A stretch of DNA of 64,000 nucleotides from Eledone cirrhosa (lineage: Eukaryota), in NCBI GenBank assembly GCA_964016885.1, contig OZ024754.1:11346001-11410000 (forward strand), given 5' to 3'. Shown here one piece after another: positions 29,825 through 43,883 of this stretch. A model generated the notes under the pieces. The model was not told the origin of the DNA. It saw only the letters and a program-made list of their open reading frames with translations, and made no database searches. Position 1 is the first letter of the stretch, and each line of letters opens with the position of its first letter. The translations under genes were made by a program, and so were the position numbers.

Positions 29825-30810
29825 ACCCACTTATTCCTGAGAGGGTCATGGGGGAAGAGTCCTCAAACACTCCTTCCAGAGGGTCCCCAAGCGAGACCAG
29901 CCAAACTCATGGATGTTATCCAACCATCTTGCTTAGGGTCTACCCCTGGGTCTCTTCGCGGTTCGTTTTGCCCGTAAAATCTGTCCCGCAATTCTTTCCT
30001 AAGACATTCTAACCACATCCCCATTGTATCAGAGCTGTGATCTCCTAATTCAGAGAAGTAGTAGTAGCTCTACCAGGAGTGACTCTCTGATCTCTGAACT
30101 ATGCATTTTATTGAGTAATGTTACACCAAAGACCCTTTGATGAAACCTTATTTCAGCTGTTTGTATTTACAATCATATACTTTCAATCATGACTGCACCC
30201 GCTCCTGCAATTCTTGCATTTAATTCAGCTTCCTGCTTTCCAACACTCATGAACACATCCCCAAGATACTTGAACTTCTCTAGTAGCTTCAGTGGAACTC
30301 CATTCATATATAGCGTGCACTGTGCAGGCTTCCCTGAGAGCATGACTGTCTCAGTTTTCACAGCACAGATTTTCATTCTAGCCATGCAGCATTCAGCATT
30401 AAACCTATCAAGTGCAAGTTGCAGATTATCTGTCAAGTTAAGTAACATCATGTCGTCACCAAATTCCAGCCGACTGATTTTACACCAGCCAGTCATGATA
30501 CCACTTCCAACCCAACTCCGCATGTCAATCCTGTTCATGTAAATAATGAACAGGAGAGATGACAGTACGTACCCTTGGCAAAGTCCACCTCCCACATTGA
30601 ATGGCTTTGATTTAGCACCATTTATCCAAACAGATAATTGGGTATTTGTATAGAGACATCAGGGCAGCAAGGAGCTGACCATCAATTCCATATTCCTGCA
30701 GAACCTTCCACAGCAGGACCCGAGGGATGCAGTCATATGCCTTTTCAAGATCGACAAAACAAGAATATACTTCTTGGCAACACTCCCATGATCTAGCACC
30801 ATTTATCCGA
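29825..30810 (-). mobile_element. Degraded RTE LINE (RT and C-terminal region)
   Basis: FVDLEKAYD, GLCQGYVLSSLLF, FGDD and FKYLG motifs with frameshifts. Confidence 0.9.
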
Positions 30811-31889
30811 ACATAAATACTTGACAATTGTAATTAATTTGAACCACTTAATTACTTAATTCAAATCCTATTCAATAGAATAGCATTCATAGACAGCAAG
30901 AGACTGGTTCTCAATCACTTAATACAATGAAGGTTTATATAAGTTCTAGCAGAAGAACTATAATACATGCTTTCCAGAGACAGGCAGTATACACTAGAAT
31001 CTTCTAAAATTGAATTCAGGCTAAAAGCTCTCTTAGTATCCCTTATCCATCATTGCCTATCCTATATATTTGTAGCATGTGTGGTTCCATAACTCCTGAG
31101 GGAGTCATAGGTGTGCCATACTAACATGGAAATTCTAGGACAGTTTTGAAAACCTAGCATGACCAAAACTAAAGATTTTTTTTCTAATGAGAATCGCAAG
31201 TGAAAGCGCGTGGCTTAGTGGTTAGAGAGTTGGATTCACAATCATGAGGTTGTGAGCGATTCCTGGATTGGGTGATTCGTTATGTCCTTGAGCAAGACAC
31301 ATTTATATATATACTTACACACTAGCCTCTTTTGATATAAGTGTATATTAATCCTTTAGCATTTAAACAGGCCATATCCAGCCAGAATTATCTCAACTCT
31401 TTCTGTTCAAACCAACTGTAACTGGCCACTCATACTGACTTTAAGGTGTTTTTCTCAAAATAAATAATATCAAAATCTCATAGATTCAATATTATGTGAG
31501 GTAAAACCTTTACCATGAAAATATAATAGTAAATATAGAGTAATGTAACTGTTAAAGGGTTAAACAAATTAATTTTTTTTGTATGATATTAAAAACAAAA
31601 ACTGTGTGTATGTGTGTATGTATATGTGTCACTATTATATCATGGAAGGGTCATTTCAGCCATCTATGAATATTGTGAAGGTGCATGGCTTAGCAGTTTG
31701 AGAATTGGATTCACAATTGAAAGGTTGTGAGTTCGATTCCTAGACAAGATGATGCATTATGTCCTTAAGCAAGACACTTTATTTCACATTGCAACCAGTA
31801 GGTAGTATCAGCAATTAGAAAGACCAATGGAAACATCATTTCCTTGGTCCGATTTGACGAGTTCTGCCACACTCCAAGTGAAGTCTGGG

Positions 31890-32155
31890 ATTTCACAGCT
31901 CCGATACTATGGGCATGGAGTTAGAATGTCTTTGGAAAGAATTTCTGGACAGATTTTACGGGCAAAACCAACTGACAGGAGACCCAGGGGTAGACCCCGA
32001 GCAAGATGGTTGGATAACATCCATGAGCTTGGCTGGTCTCACTTGGAGATCCAGCCAGATCAGTTGAAGAGGGTTGCTTATGACAGGACCCGCTGGAGAG
32101 GGTGTTTGAGGACTCTGCCTCAACAACCCTCTCAGGAATATGTGAGCGAAGAAAA
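31890..32155 (+). mobile_element. RTE LINE 3' fragment
   Basis: QLRYYGHGVRM...RPRGRPRARWLDNI. Confidence 0.85.
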
Positions 32156-35100
32156 AGATTTAAAAAATTAATTTAAAAAAATGAGAATCAATATTTTAGA
32201 ATCAAACAAATTGAACACCAAATATTTTCTGAAAGTTTTTTTATTGGCAAAGACTCAACATATTAGTTAATTGAAATATAAACAAAGTTTTAAACAATAC
32301 TTCATAACCTTTCATTAACTATCTGTCATTAATATTGAAAGGTTAATTAAATTTTACTAATTTAGCCTTTGCTTACTATTTTTTGCATAATAATTAATAA
32401 TTAGCAAAATAGTTTGACTCCAATTTAGAAAATAAACAACTTGTTGATATTTTGACTGCTATTAATGGTAGTCTTTATTTTCAACAAAACAATATCTAAT
32501 GTGTGAAGACCCTTAAGCCTTTAGCATTTAAACTGGCCACAATTCTGTATCCTCTTTCTGTTCAAACTGGCCGTAACTGGCTGTTCATAATTATGTTAAG
32601 ATATTGTTCTCAAAATAAATATCAAAATCTCATAGATTCGATATTATGTGAGATAAAGCCTTTACCATGAAAATATAATAATAAATATAGAGTAATGTAA
32701 ATGGTAAAGGGTTAAAGATATAAAAAGAAGCTGTCATTAGCTGCCATGAGGAATACCTGATAATTCACCATAATATGAATTATCTTAAAGGAATTAGGAA
32801 TTATATTCTCTCCATTTCAAATATTCTGGTTTCATATTAAAAGGATTTATCCATAGTAAAGCACATCTATAAAATAAATAAATATCATTTAGTGTCTGAA
32901 ACTTATAATTAAATTCATCATCATCATTTAACATCCATTTTCTCTACTAGCAAGTGTTGGTCAAGTCTTCGCAGACCAAGTCAGTTCTCAAGCAGAGCTG
33001 CTGACCTCTCAGAAGGAACAGGGAGTGAGGGGAGGGAGACTACATCTCACTTACATACAATCTCATGCTTTACCCAGTGTATTTTATCATGGCATCAGCA
33101 CTAGGAAGGTTGCCATGTTTTTTGAAACAGTTGAATAGTTCTCCAAACCAATTGTTTGGTGGGTTCTCGGTGGCTGGGCATCTTTTTTGTCACCAAACAC
33201 TTTACAGAGTGTACTGGGTGTGTTTATAATGTAGATCACCTCTAGAGAAGGTGCCATGCCATCAACACAACTTAAGAGTATTAGGGTGAGTTTGCCTCAT
33301 GGTCCCAACAGATAGGATGGAAAAGACATTGTCCCAGAGGATGGTGAGGGAGATATGCCAAGAACAGCCGCACTTCCTTGTCGGGCTCACACTTGCAGGT
33401 AGCCAACTTTATCCCAATAGCAGTGAGTAGGGATGTGATCCAGGAAGGAGGGGTGTCCAAGAACGCTGGAAGTCTCCACTGCCTCAGCCACAGACCTATC
33501 AAAGAGTGGCCAATACTTTGACAGTTTGCCCTCTTTAGCCTGGCAGGCAGTGAAACCTGGGCTATTAGCTCAACACCAGGTTGCCACTGGAATTGTGCCA
33601 ACATGATGTGAACTGTAGTTGGTAATCGTAAGATATTCTAAATTCTCAGTGAAGTATTTTTGGTGAAGACATTTCTTTTTTTTACTAAATATTGTTAATG
33701 GTCGTTGATGGTTATTAAAGATCTTCATTAGATATGCAGGAATATTTCATATTCCCATACCACAGTTAAATGATTTCTTTTTTTAAACAGCCTTAGAAGC
33801 ATAAGGATAAAATAAAACCTGAATATAATTGAAAATAAAACTCAAATATATTTGAAAATGAAGCAGTGAATTGGCAGAGTTGTTAGAATGTCAGATAGAA
33901 TGTTTTGCTGTATTTATTTTGGCTCTCTGAGTTAAAATCTCTCTGAGGTCAACTTTGCCTTTCATCCAGTCAAGGTCAATAAAATAAATACCAGTCTAGT
34001 ACTGAGGTCGATTCTTTTTTATCTCTTTCTCACTTTTTCCCTCTAGCTTCCATTCTCACATTATTTCCATCCTTCATTGGAAGAACTCTGCTGTATTCAG
34101 ATCTGGAGAGGAGATGGGCCCTGCCAGGTTTTAAAAAATGCCCTAGAAGTGCTGTCAATACAGCACCTCTATTACAGGAATCATCATCATCATCATCATC
34201 ATCGTTTAACGTCCATCTTCCACGCTTGCATGGGTTTGGATGGGAGTTTTCCCCACTTGAGACAAGATTGGTTGTCCTGCTCGCATAGGACTGTCTGGTG
34301 GGTTTTCTACAGCTGGATGCCCTTCCTAACACCAACCACATTTACAGTGTGGGGCTGGGAGGTTTTTACCGTGTTGCCTACACGGCTACATTACAGCGTG
34401 GACTGTGTGTGTTTTTTGTTGTGACACCTACACAACCTCATTTGTTTCGGACTGGATGTTGTGGTACCAACATAACTTTACATTTAAAGGGGTGGTGTGG
34501 ATGGGGTGGGGATAGTGGGACGGGGTGGGGTGTATTTTGTTAGAGGTGCCAACAGACTGTAGGTTTCGCTTTGTACTTAGGCAAGGCGGGTCTTCTGTAT
34601 TACTGCATAGCGCCAAAGCTCTCGGTCCAGTGACATTGTCTTGGAGAGGTGTAAGTGTGTGAGGTCGGAATTTATCAAGTCGTCCCAGGTTTTTCTGGGT
34701 CTGCCTACTCCGTGGCTACCGTCTATTTTTATCGCCCTGCACTTAGTAATATACATAGATATTTGAAAATAAACTCAGATATATTTCATGTAACTTACAT
34801 TGCAGTTTATTTTGGGAGAATCCATATGATGGGAACATTCTGAAATATTTTCAAAAAATTCAATATCTAAAAAGAGAGAAAAAAAACAAAAAAAAAAAAC
34901 AATAATGATTTCTAGTATAGGCACAGGCCAGTAATTTGGCGGAGGGGAAAGTCAATTAAATTGACCCCAGTGTGTGACTGGTACTTTATTTTATCGACCT
35001 CGTAAGGATGAAAGGCAAAGCTAACTTCGGCAGGATTTGAACTCAGATCATAAATTGACTCAATGTATACTCATTTTTATTCTGTACATACATACTTGTT

Positions 35101-35896
35101 GGACTGCTAATTCATGAAACATAAAGGATCACAGCATAAGCAGATAGGGTGACTTAAGTTAAAGAAACTCATACACAGACAGACACATATTTACATATAA
35201 TGGGTTTCAGTAGTTTCCATCTATTGAATTCCGCATTGGTCAACTTAAGTTATAGTAGAAGACACTTGCTTTGTCTGGCTTTTTGCTCTCTCTCAGTTCA
35301 AATCCTGCTGAGGTCAACTTTGCCTTTCATCCTTTCGTAGTCGATAAAAAGAAATACCAGTCTAGTACTGGGGTCGATTCTTTATCTATATCTCTTTTTC
35401 CCTTCCACTATCTCCCTTTTTTTAAAATCTTTTTCTCAAAGAAATCTGCTATGTTCAAACCTGGAGAGCGATGGGCTGCGACAGGCTTAATTAAACTGCC
35501 CAAGAAATGCTGTATGCCACTACAGCGCCCCTAAAACTCCACCAAGAATTATGGGAGTTACATAGTAGGATCTAACCCAGAACCATGAGGTTGGAAAGCA
35601 AATTTCTTAACCATACAACCATGCCAGTAACTTGTTTCTTCATATTTTATGAGGGTAGGCTGAGAAGTTCATAGGCTCACTATGAAAAAGTGATGCTAGA
35701 GTTGTGAAATCTTGTAAGCATTAATTTCAACTCTTCTTAACTGCATTGTTTCTTTCCAGGGACTATGTTGAAAAAATAAACCTCATTTGGTTATTCTTTG
35801 AGAGTATTTTGGTCAGCCTATGAAACTTTCAGCTGACAATCGTATGATCTGAAATTTTGGTCTAAGTAAAATGAAAAAAAAAAAAAAAAAAAAATA

Positions 35897-36103
35897 CTAC
35901 TTACTTTGATTTTGAGTGTTTTGGCACGTAGAAAATGCTTCATTTGGAATGTCTATAATGAAATTAGATGTCACTGGCCTCGGTTGAGGAAGTGGTTTAC
36001 AGAAAGTTTCTATAAATGGACATTGCAACATTAATTCAAAATGTGGGCTGAATTGTGAGAGACTAGCTAACAAGTTATTCACAGACATGGAACGTAGCTG
36101 GAT
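35897..36103 (-). CDS. PH-like domain gene exon (IQLRSMSVNNLL...QNQSK*); ends at TAG 35897 or splices at the GTAAGT donor after 35905
   Basis: Pyrimidine tract plus AG at 36104-36105, phase 0, open frame. Confidence 0.75.
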   Translation of the reverse strand: MQLRSMSVNNLLASLSQFSPHFELMLQCPFIETFCKPLPQPRPVTSNFIIDIPNEAFSTCQNTQNQSK

Positions 36104-37357
36104 CTAGAAAAAAAAGAAAAACCAAAATAGGTGCATGTGTGTTTAGATAAATATATCATTAACTACACATCGATACATTCACACACCACTCACACAATAG
36201 ATTTCTTCCTCAAGTTTGTATTGAGGATATGCGATGACTGGAGAGAAATGAAGCAAGTATGCTCCAATAGATGTGCAATGTCAATGTGCATGAATAACCA
36301 AACATGGATGAGTTGAGAGTGAAACTGTGTATAAGAGGGATAAACTGTAGTGTGTAGGAGAGAAGACTGCATTGGTATGGCCATGTGATGCGCATAGAAG
36401 ATGACTGTTGGATGAAGAAGTGCCAAGAAATCACGGTAGAAGGAAGACACAGTAGAGGAAGACCATGTAAAATATGGTTGGAGGTGGTGAGAGCTGACTT
36501 CAGATCGCTGAAGCTCACAGAGGAGATGACAAAGGACCGTGATGAATGGAGAGATACTGTGCTGAAGAGAAGCTGTCCCACCCTTGCAAGCAGGGAAAAG
36601 CAGACATATGATGATGATGATGATGATTGCTTACATACAGATGCATATTGTCATCATTTCTACATAAACTTTGCCATGCCGACATGGATTAGATGTGACC
36701 TTTTGAAGTAATGTTTTACAGTCAGATACCCTTTTAGTCAATTCTTAAGACACACAAGGTTATGGTGTACCTATTCTAAACTGGATACAGACGGATGATG
36801 ATTGCTGGGTGCCAGGAAATCCTAGTGGTTAGGAAGTTGCAGTAGACCAAGGAAGACCTGGGCAGAGGTGGTGAGAGCTGATCTCAAATTGCTGAGACTC
36901 ACAGAGAAGATGAAGGCACATGACGAATGGAGAGATGGTGTGCTGGAAAGGACCCATCCAATTCATGCAAGCATGGAAAAATGGGTGTAAAAACGATGAT
37001 GATGATGTACAACATCATCATGCTTTAACGTCTATCTTCCATGCTAGCATGGGTTAGACGGGAATTGACCCACTTAAGGTAAAATTGATTAGGTGACCGT
37101 GTCTCACTCGTATAGGACTCTATCTGGCTGGTCTTCTACAGCTGGATGCCCTTCCTAACACCAACCACATTTACAGTGTGGACTGGGAGCCTTTTTATTG
37201 TGTCCCCTACACGACAGTGATGATCATGTCTGGAATATCTTTCATCATAGGTCTGCTCTATAGAGCAGTCAAAAAGCTAAACAACAACAACAGCAGCAGC
37301 AACAATAATAGCAGCGGCTCAATAACACACAATCAAGACAAATAATATTTCACTCAC

Positions 37358-37634
37358 ATAATGAAAAGGTATCTGGTACAATTCACCACAAGTAAGGTCT
37401 GTGTAGTGGGAACGATCATATTTAATATTTTTGGTAGAACCATTTTGGTTCTTGTTATAAAAGCATGACCCCACATACATATGAGGAGGAACTTTTACTT
37501 GAAGACGAAATTTATCTTTTTGTCCCCACATTGCCACAATTGTATTGAAATCAACTTCAATGATTGCAAAGTATTTTGTACAACCTTCAAAGGATTCAGC
37601 CATTTTTCCGACTTGGAACTCGTATACCAATTTC
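37358..37634 (-). CDS. PH-like domain gene exon (KLVYEFQVGK...TDLTCGELYQIPFHY)
   Basis: 277 nt, phase 2/0, AG/GTGAGT; motif resemblance to the TRF2/HOY1 PH-like domain. Confidence 0.85.
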
Positions 37635-37741
37635 CTTTAAAGAAAACAGAGGTTAAAAACAATATAAAAAAAATATTTAATGGAATTTAAATCTATTTAT
37701 AAAATTTAACATCATATAAATATATTGAGTATAAGAGTCAT

Positions 37742-38012
37742 TATAGATTGGTCTGGACCAATGTCAGTTTCAATGGTGTATATAACAGTCTATAGAATGG
37801 AATGGACCAATGTCAGTTTCAATGGTGTATATAACAGTCTATAGATTGGAATGGACCAATGTCAGTTTCAATGGTATATATAACAGTCTATAGAATGGAC
37901 TAATGTCAGTTGCAATGGTGTATATAACAGTCTATAGAATGGAATGGACTAATGTCAGTTTCAATGGTGTATATAATAGGCTATAGAATGGACCAATGTT
38001 AGTTTCAATGGT
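37742..38012. repeat. 44-49-bp minisatellite (about 6 copies)
   Basis: Unit GGACCAATGTCAGTTTCAATGGTGTATATAACAGTCTATAGAAT(GGAAT). Confidence 0.92.
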
Positions 38013-39465
38013 GAGTGTTCCAATTGTTCAAGCAATGGAACAGGTTACTCTTTAAATTAACAAGTAAGTAGCTGATCATTCCACAGACATATGTCCCCTA
38101 AATGTAATTCTCAGGGAGATTCAATGCACAGTGTGTGATAAGGTTGGCTCTTTGAATTATAGGTACAGTCCATCTGATGGGTTTTAAAACAGTTTCTGTC
38201 TACCCACTTTCACTCACAAGGCATTGGTCAACCCAAGGATATGGTAAATGACATTTGACTGAGATACCACATTATGGTGGGATTGAACCCAGGTCTCAAT
38301 AATTATGAAGTAAAAGTCTTAACTATTCAGCCATGCAGTGTCAACTGGCCCCAATATGAAACTTTATACTTTATTAATATAAATATTGTGAGAATGATTC
38401 AAAAGACGTTCAGAGTTGCCTTCAGCAGGTTGAGAGTTAGCAATGGGTTCAGTGAGGAATTTAGTGTCCATCAGGTCTCAGTTCTCTTCTATGTATTATA
38501 GTTCACCAAGCCACGACAGGGTAGTTTGAGTTTAAATACATGTCAATAACCCCGTTATCATAGCTGAATGTGTCAAAGAATTAGAGAAGAAATTCCAGTC
38601 GCTGTAGAAAAGCCTTACAGTTAACCTAGCAAAGACAAAATTTTAATTAGCATGAAGTTCACAGAAGAGATGACGAAGGACCATGACAAATGAAGAGATG
38701 CTGTGCTGAAGAGATGCTGTGCTGAAGAGGACCCATCCCATCCTTGCAAGCAGGGAAAAGTGGACATAAAATGATGATGATGATGAAAGATGGTAGGTCT
38801 CTACTACTATTTGGAAAGAGGCCACACTCAATGTGCAAAATAGCAGTAGGTAGGAATTCTGTACAGTGTAATATGTAATTTATGGGAGCACAAGAGATGT
38901 AGTAGGATACAAGGTAGGTTGACAGAGAAGAAAAAACTATGTGTGCAGTTAATGTACAAAAGATATTTAGAAGTTAAGAAGTTTGAGATAGTTCAGTATG
39001 ACCTTCCATAAATTGTAATAAATGGTTTTAGTAGGATGAAGTAAAAAACAAAAAAGTAATGTGATGTGTCTAACAGCACAATGCCGTGTCTGTACAAAGC
39101 CCCACTATTTTTTAGACAGTAGCATAGTATTTAAAACAGTCAAAAAATGCACTTATGTCCTCTAAGCTTCTAGACAATTTTACTAAGCTCAGCCTTTATC
39201 AAAGCTAATATAGGTTTTTTTACTCATAAATATATATTAAATACAGATGACTTATGATGCTGTCGTCTCTTTACTTTGGTTATATATTATTATTTACAAT
39301 GTGTCACATATAAAGCACAGAGAAGAAAATGGAGAGAACATTGAATAGAATAATTGAGAGTTGGGTAGGGGAATATAGAAAGAAATAGAAAAGAATGAGA
39401 TAGAGGAGAGGGTGAGAAAGAAAAGAGAAAAATTAGTGTGAAATACAACAATTACATAAACTTAC

Positions 39466-39527
39466 TTTTTACTAAAAATTACTTTTAATTTTGATGTCCT
39501 TTTGAAATTGCTATCTGTGCAAAAATA
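39466..39527 (-). CDS. PH-like domain gene 62-nt exon (YFCTDSNFKRTSKLKVIFSK)
   Basis: TAATAG acceptor and GTAAGT donor; phase 0/2 exactly bridges the flanking exons. Confidence 0.75.
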
Positions 39528-40025
39528 CTATTAAAAATATTGAAGTGAAAAAGTATAATCAATAAAGTTTTTGATCATATAAATTGATCTACCAAAATCC
39601 CCCTCAAATTCAATGAATTTAAACAATTTTGTAAAATTAAAACAAAAAAAACTGAAAATGTTATCCCTTTAGCATTTACATTACTCTATATATACTATTG
39701 TATTTTCATGGTAAAAGCTTTACCTTACATAATTATCTCACATAATATCGAATCTATGAGATTTTGATATTATTTATTTTGAGAACAATACCTTAACATC
39801 AGTATGGGTGGCCAGTTACAGCCAGTTTGAACAGAATAAGGTGAAAGAATTCTGGCCAGTTACAGCCGGTTTAAATGCTTAAAGGTTAACACCCATATGA
39901 TAAACAAAAGGTCAAACAAAACATTAAAAACAAAAAGAATTAAACAATATAACATGATGTACACTATTATCACCACAGTGACATAAGGTTTATCACAATA
40001 AAACTATCTATAATTTAATGTTTAC

Positions 40026-40156
40026 CTTAAAGTTTCTGATTTGTAAAAAGCTGAAATCAAAATGTTTTGGTCTGGGGATTTTATTTTCACAGAGATTTTT
40101 AACTTTCACAAACTTTTGATAATCTGATGTTGGTTGGTAGACTTTCATAGGAACAC
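40026..40156 (-). CDS. PH-like domain gene exon (VPMKVYQPTS...PKHFDFSFLQIRNFK)
   Basis: 131 nt, phase 1/0, only one open frame. Confidence 0.8.
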
Positions 40157-40344
40157 CTTAAAATAGAAGTTGTGTGGAATATAATTAATTCACAATACAG
40201 AGAAATCAAAGACATCACTTCTTTAAAACAGCCTGATTTTCTTAAGTATAAGGCATAACCCATTTTTATGTAACACTTATGCCTTCTCTCAAAATAGTAA
40301 TAGACTTGATTGAGAATATATCCAGGCTAACTATAAAAAAGAAT

Positions 40345-41450
40345 ATAGAATTATGTACTATAGTACTAATATCTAGTCAATATAGAATAGGGCACTATAG
40401 TACTAATATCTAGTCAATAAGATAGAATAGGGCACTATAGTACTAATATCTAGTCAATAAGATAGAATAGGGCACTATAGTACTAATATCTAGTCAATAA
40501 TATAGAATAGGGCACTATAGTACTAATATCTAGTCAATAATATAGAACAGGGTACTATAGTACTAATATCTAGTTAATAACATAGAATAGGGCACTATAG
40601 TACTACTATCTAGTCAATAACATAAAATAGGGCACTATAGTACTAATATCTAGTCAATATAGAATAGGGTACTATAGTACTAATATCTAGTCAATATAGA
40701 ATAGGGCACTATAGTACTAATATCTAGTCAATAACATAAAATAGGGCACTATAGTACTAATATCTAGTCAATATAGAATAGGGTACTATAGTACTAATAT
40801 CTAGTCAATATAGAATAGGGCACTATAGTACTAATATCTAGTCAATAACATAGAATAGGGTACTATAGTACTAATATCTAGTCAATAATATAGAATAAGG
40901 CACTATAGTACTAATATCTAGTCAATAACATAGAATAGGGTACTATAGTACTAATATCTAGTCAATAATATAGAATAGGACACTATAGTACTAATATCTA
41001 GTCAATATAGAATAGGGCACTATAGTGAATAACATAGAATAGGGCACTATAGTACTAATATCTAGTCAATATAGAATAGGGCACTATAGTGAATAACATA
41101 GAATAGGGCACTATAGTACTAATATCTAGTGAATAACATAGAATAGGGCACTATAGTACTAATATCTAGTCAATATAGAATAGGGCACTATAGTACTAAT
41201 ATCTAGTCAATATAGAATAGGGCACTGTAGTACTAATATCTAGTCAATAACATAGAATAGGGCACTATAGTACTAATATCTAGTCAATATAGAATAGGGC
41301 ACTATAGTACTAATATCTAGTCAATAACATAGAATAGGGCACTATAGTACTAATATCTAGTCAATATAGAATAGGGCACTATAGTACTAATATCTAGTCA
41401 ATAATATAGAATAGGGCACTGTAGTACTAATATCTAGTCAATAACATAGA
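40345..41450. repeat. 37-40-bp minisatellite (roughly 28 copies), intronic
   Basis: Unit TAGAATAGGGCACTATAGTACTAATATCTAGTCAATA(ACA). Confidence 0.96.
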
Positions 41451-41535
41451 ATATTGCCTCTATAAATTCTTACTTCTAGAGAAGAATATATTTCAAAGTT
41501 TGAAAACCTGAAATTATATGAATGTTTATACTTAC

Positions 41536-42795
41536 TTGAAATAAAACCAGGGCCTTCAATATTTTGTACAGGAGGCAGACTTTCTGGATTATTCTTAGAA
41601 TTTGGAAATGTATCATCAATTGGTAATATATTCATTAATATTGGATCAATTGTATTTATTTTTGAAAACAAACTTTCATTGTTGGTTTCAAATAGATGGT
41701 TTTCATTTTCTTTGTATAAGCTATCTTCAGAAAATTTTGAGTTATCAGATAAATTAAGGGGTATTGGAAAGGAATTTTGTGTATTCAAGTGGTTGCAGTT
41801 TGAAGTAAGTTTTGATTGTGTCACTATTCTTCTATCAGAAAATAGTTCTTTATTTAAAATATTCTCTTGAATAGTATCACAAGTTTTTAATAACTCTCGA
41901 ACGGTACATTTTCGCAAATCTTTCTCACTACAAAGAAATTTGGCATTTCGAGCTTTTATTGAAACTGGAACTCTTTTAGTATATTTTTCCACAGTAATCT
42001 TCTTTGAGAAATTTCTTGCTGAATATGGCACAAGGGGAAATGTTGGTAATAGATACCTATTAGGCTTAAAAACTCCTCTATCATGAAAAATTTTGTCTGG
42101 ATTCTCAAAGGTATTGGAAAAATCAACTGTAGGCATCAAACGAGACACACTTTGGTCACATTTAGAAATAATAGCTCCAGGAGTTTTATTTAATTTTGAT
42201 GGTACAATTTTTTCTTGAAAGAATTTATTAAAATTCAGAGATTCGACATTTTGTAGCTGTAAATTTTCCTTGTTTATAGTAACTTCTCTTTGTTTGTCAT
42301 TCTTCATATTAGATACATTGGACAAAGATACATTATTAAAATTGTTCATGTCAATATTCAATGATCTGATATTGTCATCATTTATTGGATTAGGACAATA
42401 ATAATAATCAGATAACTTTAGAGAACAATCAACATTATTACAAGAAGTAGCTGATGGTATGTTTACATCAGATTCCACAGAAAATAATTTAGGTGAACAA
42501 GAGATATTTTCTGATTGCAGTTCTTCCAAATTCAAACGATGTACTTGTTGGTGATCAACAAACTTAGAATAATTTACCTCCATACAACCTTCTGCAGAAC
42601 AAAAGCCTGGGACTTGTTGAATGTGAAAATAATCATGTTCAATCACATGAGTTTTATGTGAATCTGCTACTCTATGCCTTATATCTAGAGTAGGTGATGG
42701 CCAGTCAGCAAAGTTTTCCATTGAACTTATATGAATTATCCAAATAATTGTGTATATCTTGTTGAAAGAGGGATACTTCAGAATTCTTGGTAGAT
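41536..42795 (-). CDS. Large exon of the PH-like domain gene (N/S-rich, probably disordered N-terminal region; first Met at 42721)
   Basis: 1.26-kb open frame in AT-rich DNA; acceptor at 42796-42797; phase-1 GTAAGT donor at 41534-41535 matches the next exon. Confidence 0.85.
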
Positions 42796-43024
42796 CTGTT
42801 TAAAATCATTAATTTCTATTAAAAAAATTGCATTTAACATTGAAAAAATTTTAAATGCAGTGTACATATATACATTTTCCTGCATACATATATACATTTT
42901 CCTGCATACATACCCATGTATATGTACATACACATAGACACGCATACACCTACACACTCATACATAAACATATATACACAAACATTACATAGACATAGGC
43001 ACACAAACAAGCATAGAGACCTAC

Positions 43025-43054
43025 CTACACAGATATATATATACACACACACAC

Positions 43055-43089
<35 letters not shown>

Positions 43090-43200
43090 TATATATATAT
43101 ACACACACATATATATATACACACACACATATATATATATATATACACACACATATATATATATATATACACACACATATATATATATATATACACACAC

Positions 43201-43231
<31 letters not shown>

Positions 43232-43324
43232 TATATATATATACACACACACATATATATATATATACACACACACATATATATATATATACACACACAC
43301 ATATATATATATATATACACACAC

Positions 43325-43355
<31 letters not shown>

Positions 43356-43574
43356 TATATATATATACACACACACATATATATATATATACACACACAC
43401 ATATATATATATATACACACACACATATATATATATATATATACACACACACATATATATATATATATATACACACACACATATATATATATATATACAC
43501 ACACATATATATATATATATATACACACACATATATATATATATATATACACACACATATATATATATATATAT

Positions 43575-43617
<43 letters not shown>

Positions 43618-43852
43618 TATATATATATATATATACACACACATATATATATATATATATACACACATATATATATATATATATACACACATATATATAT
43701 ATATATATACACACATATATATATATATATATACACACACATATATATATATATATACACACACATATATATATATATATACACACACACATATATATAT
43801 ATATACACACACACACACATATATATATATACACACACACACATATATATAT

Positions 43853-43883
<31 letters not shown>

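Noticed and set aside
40345-41450. 37-40-bp repeats resembling a CRISPR array
   Set aside because: Head-to-tail units with no spacers, in a eukaryotic intron
41438-42721. Stand-alone 427-aa single-exon gene
   Set aside because: A phase-compatible donor at 41535 and four downstream exons fit better; retained only as a possible isoform
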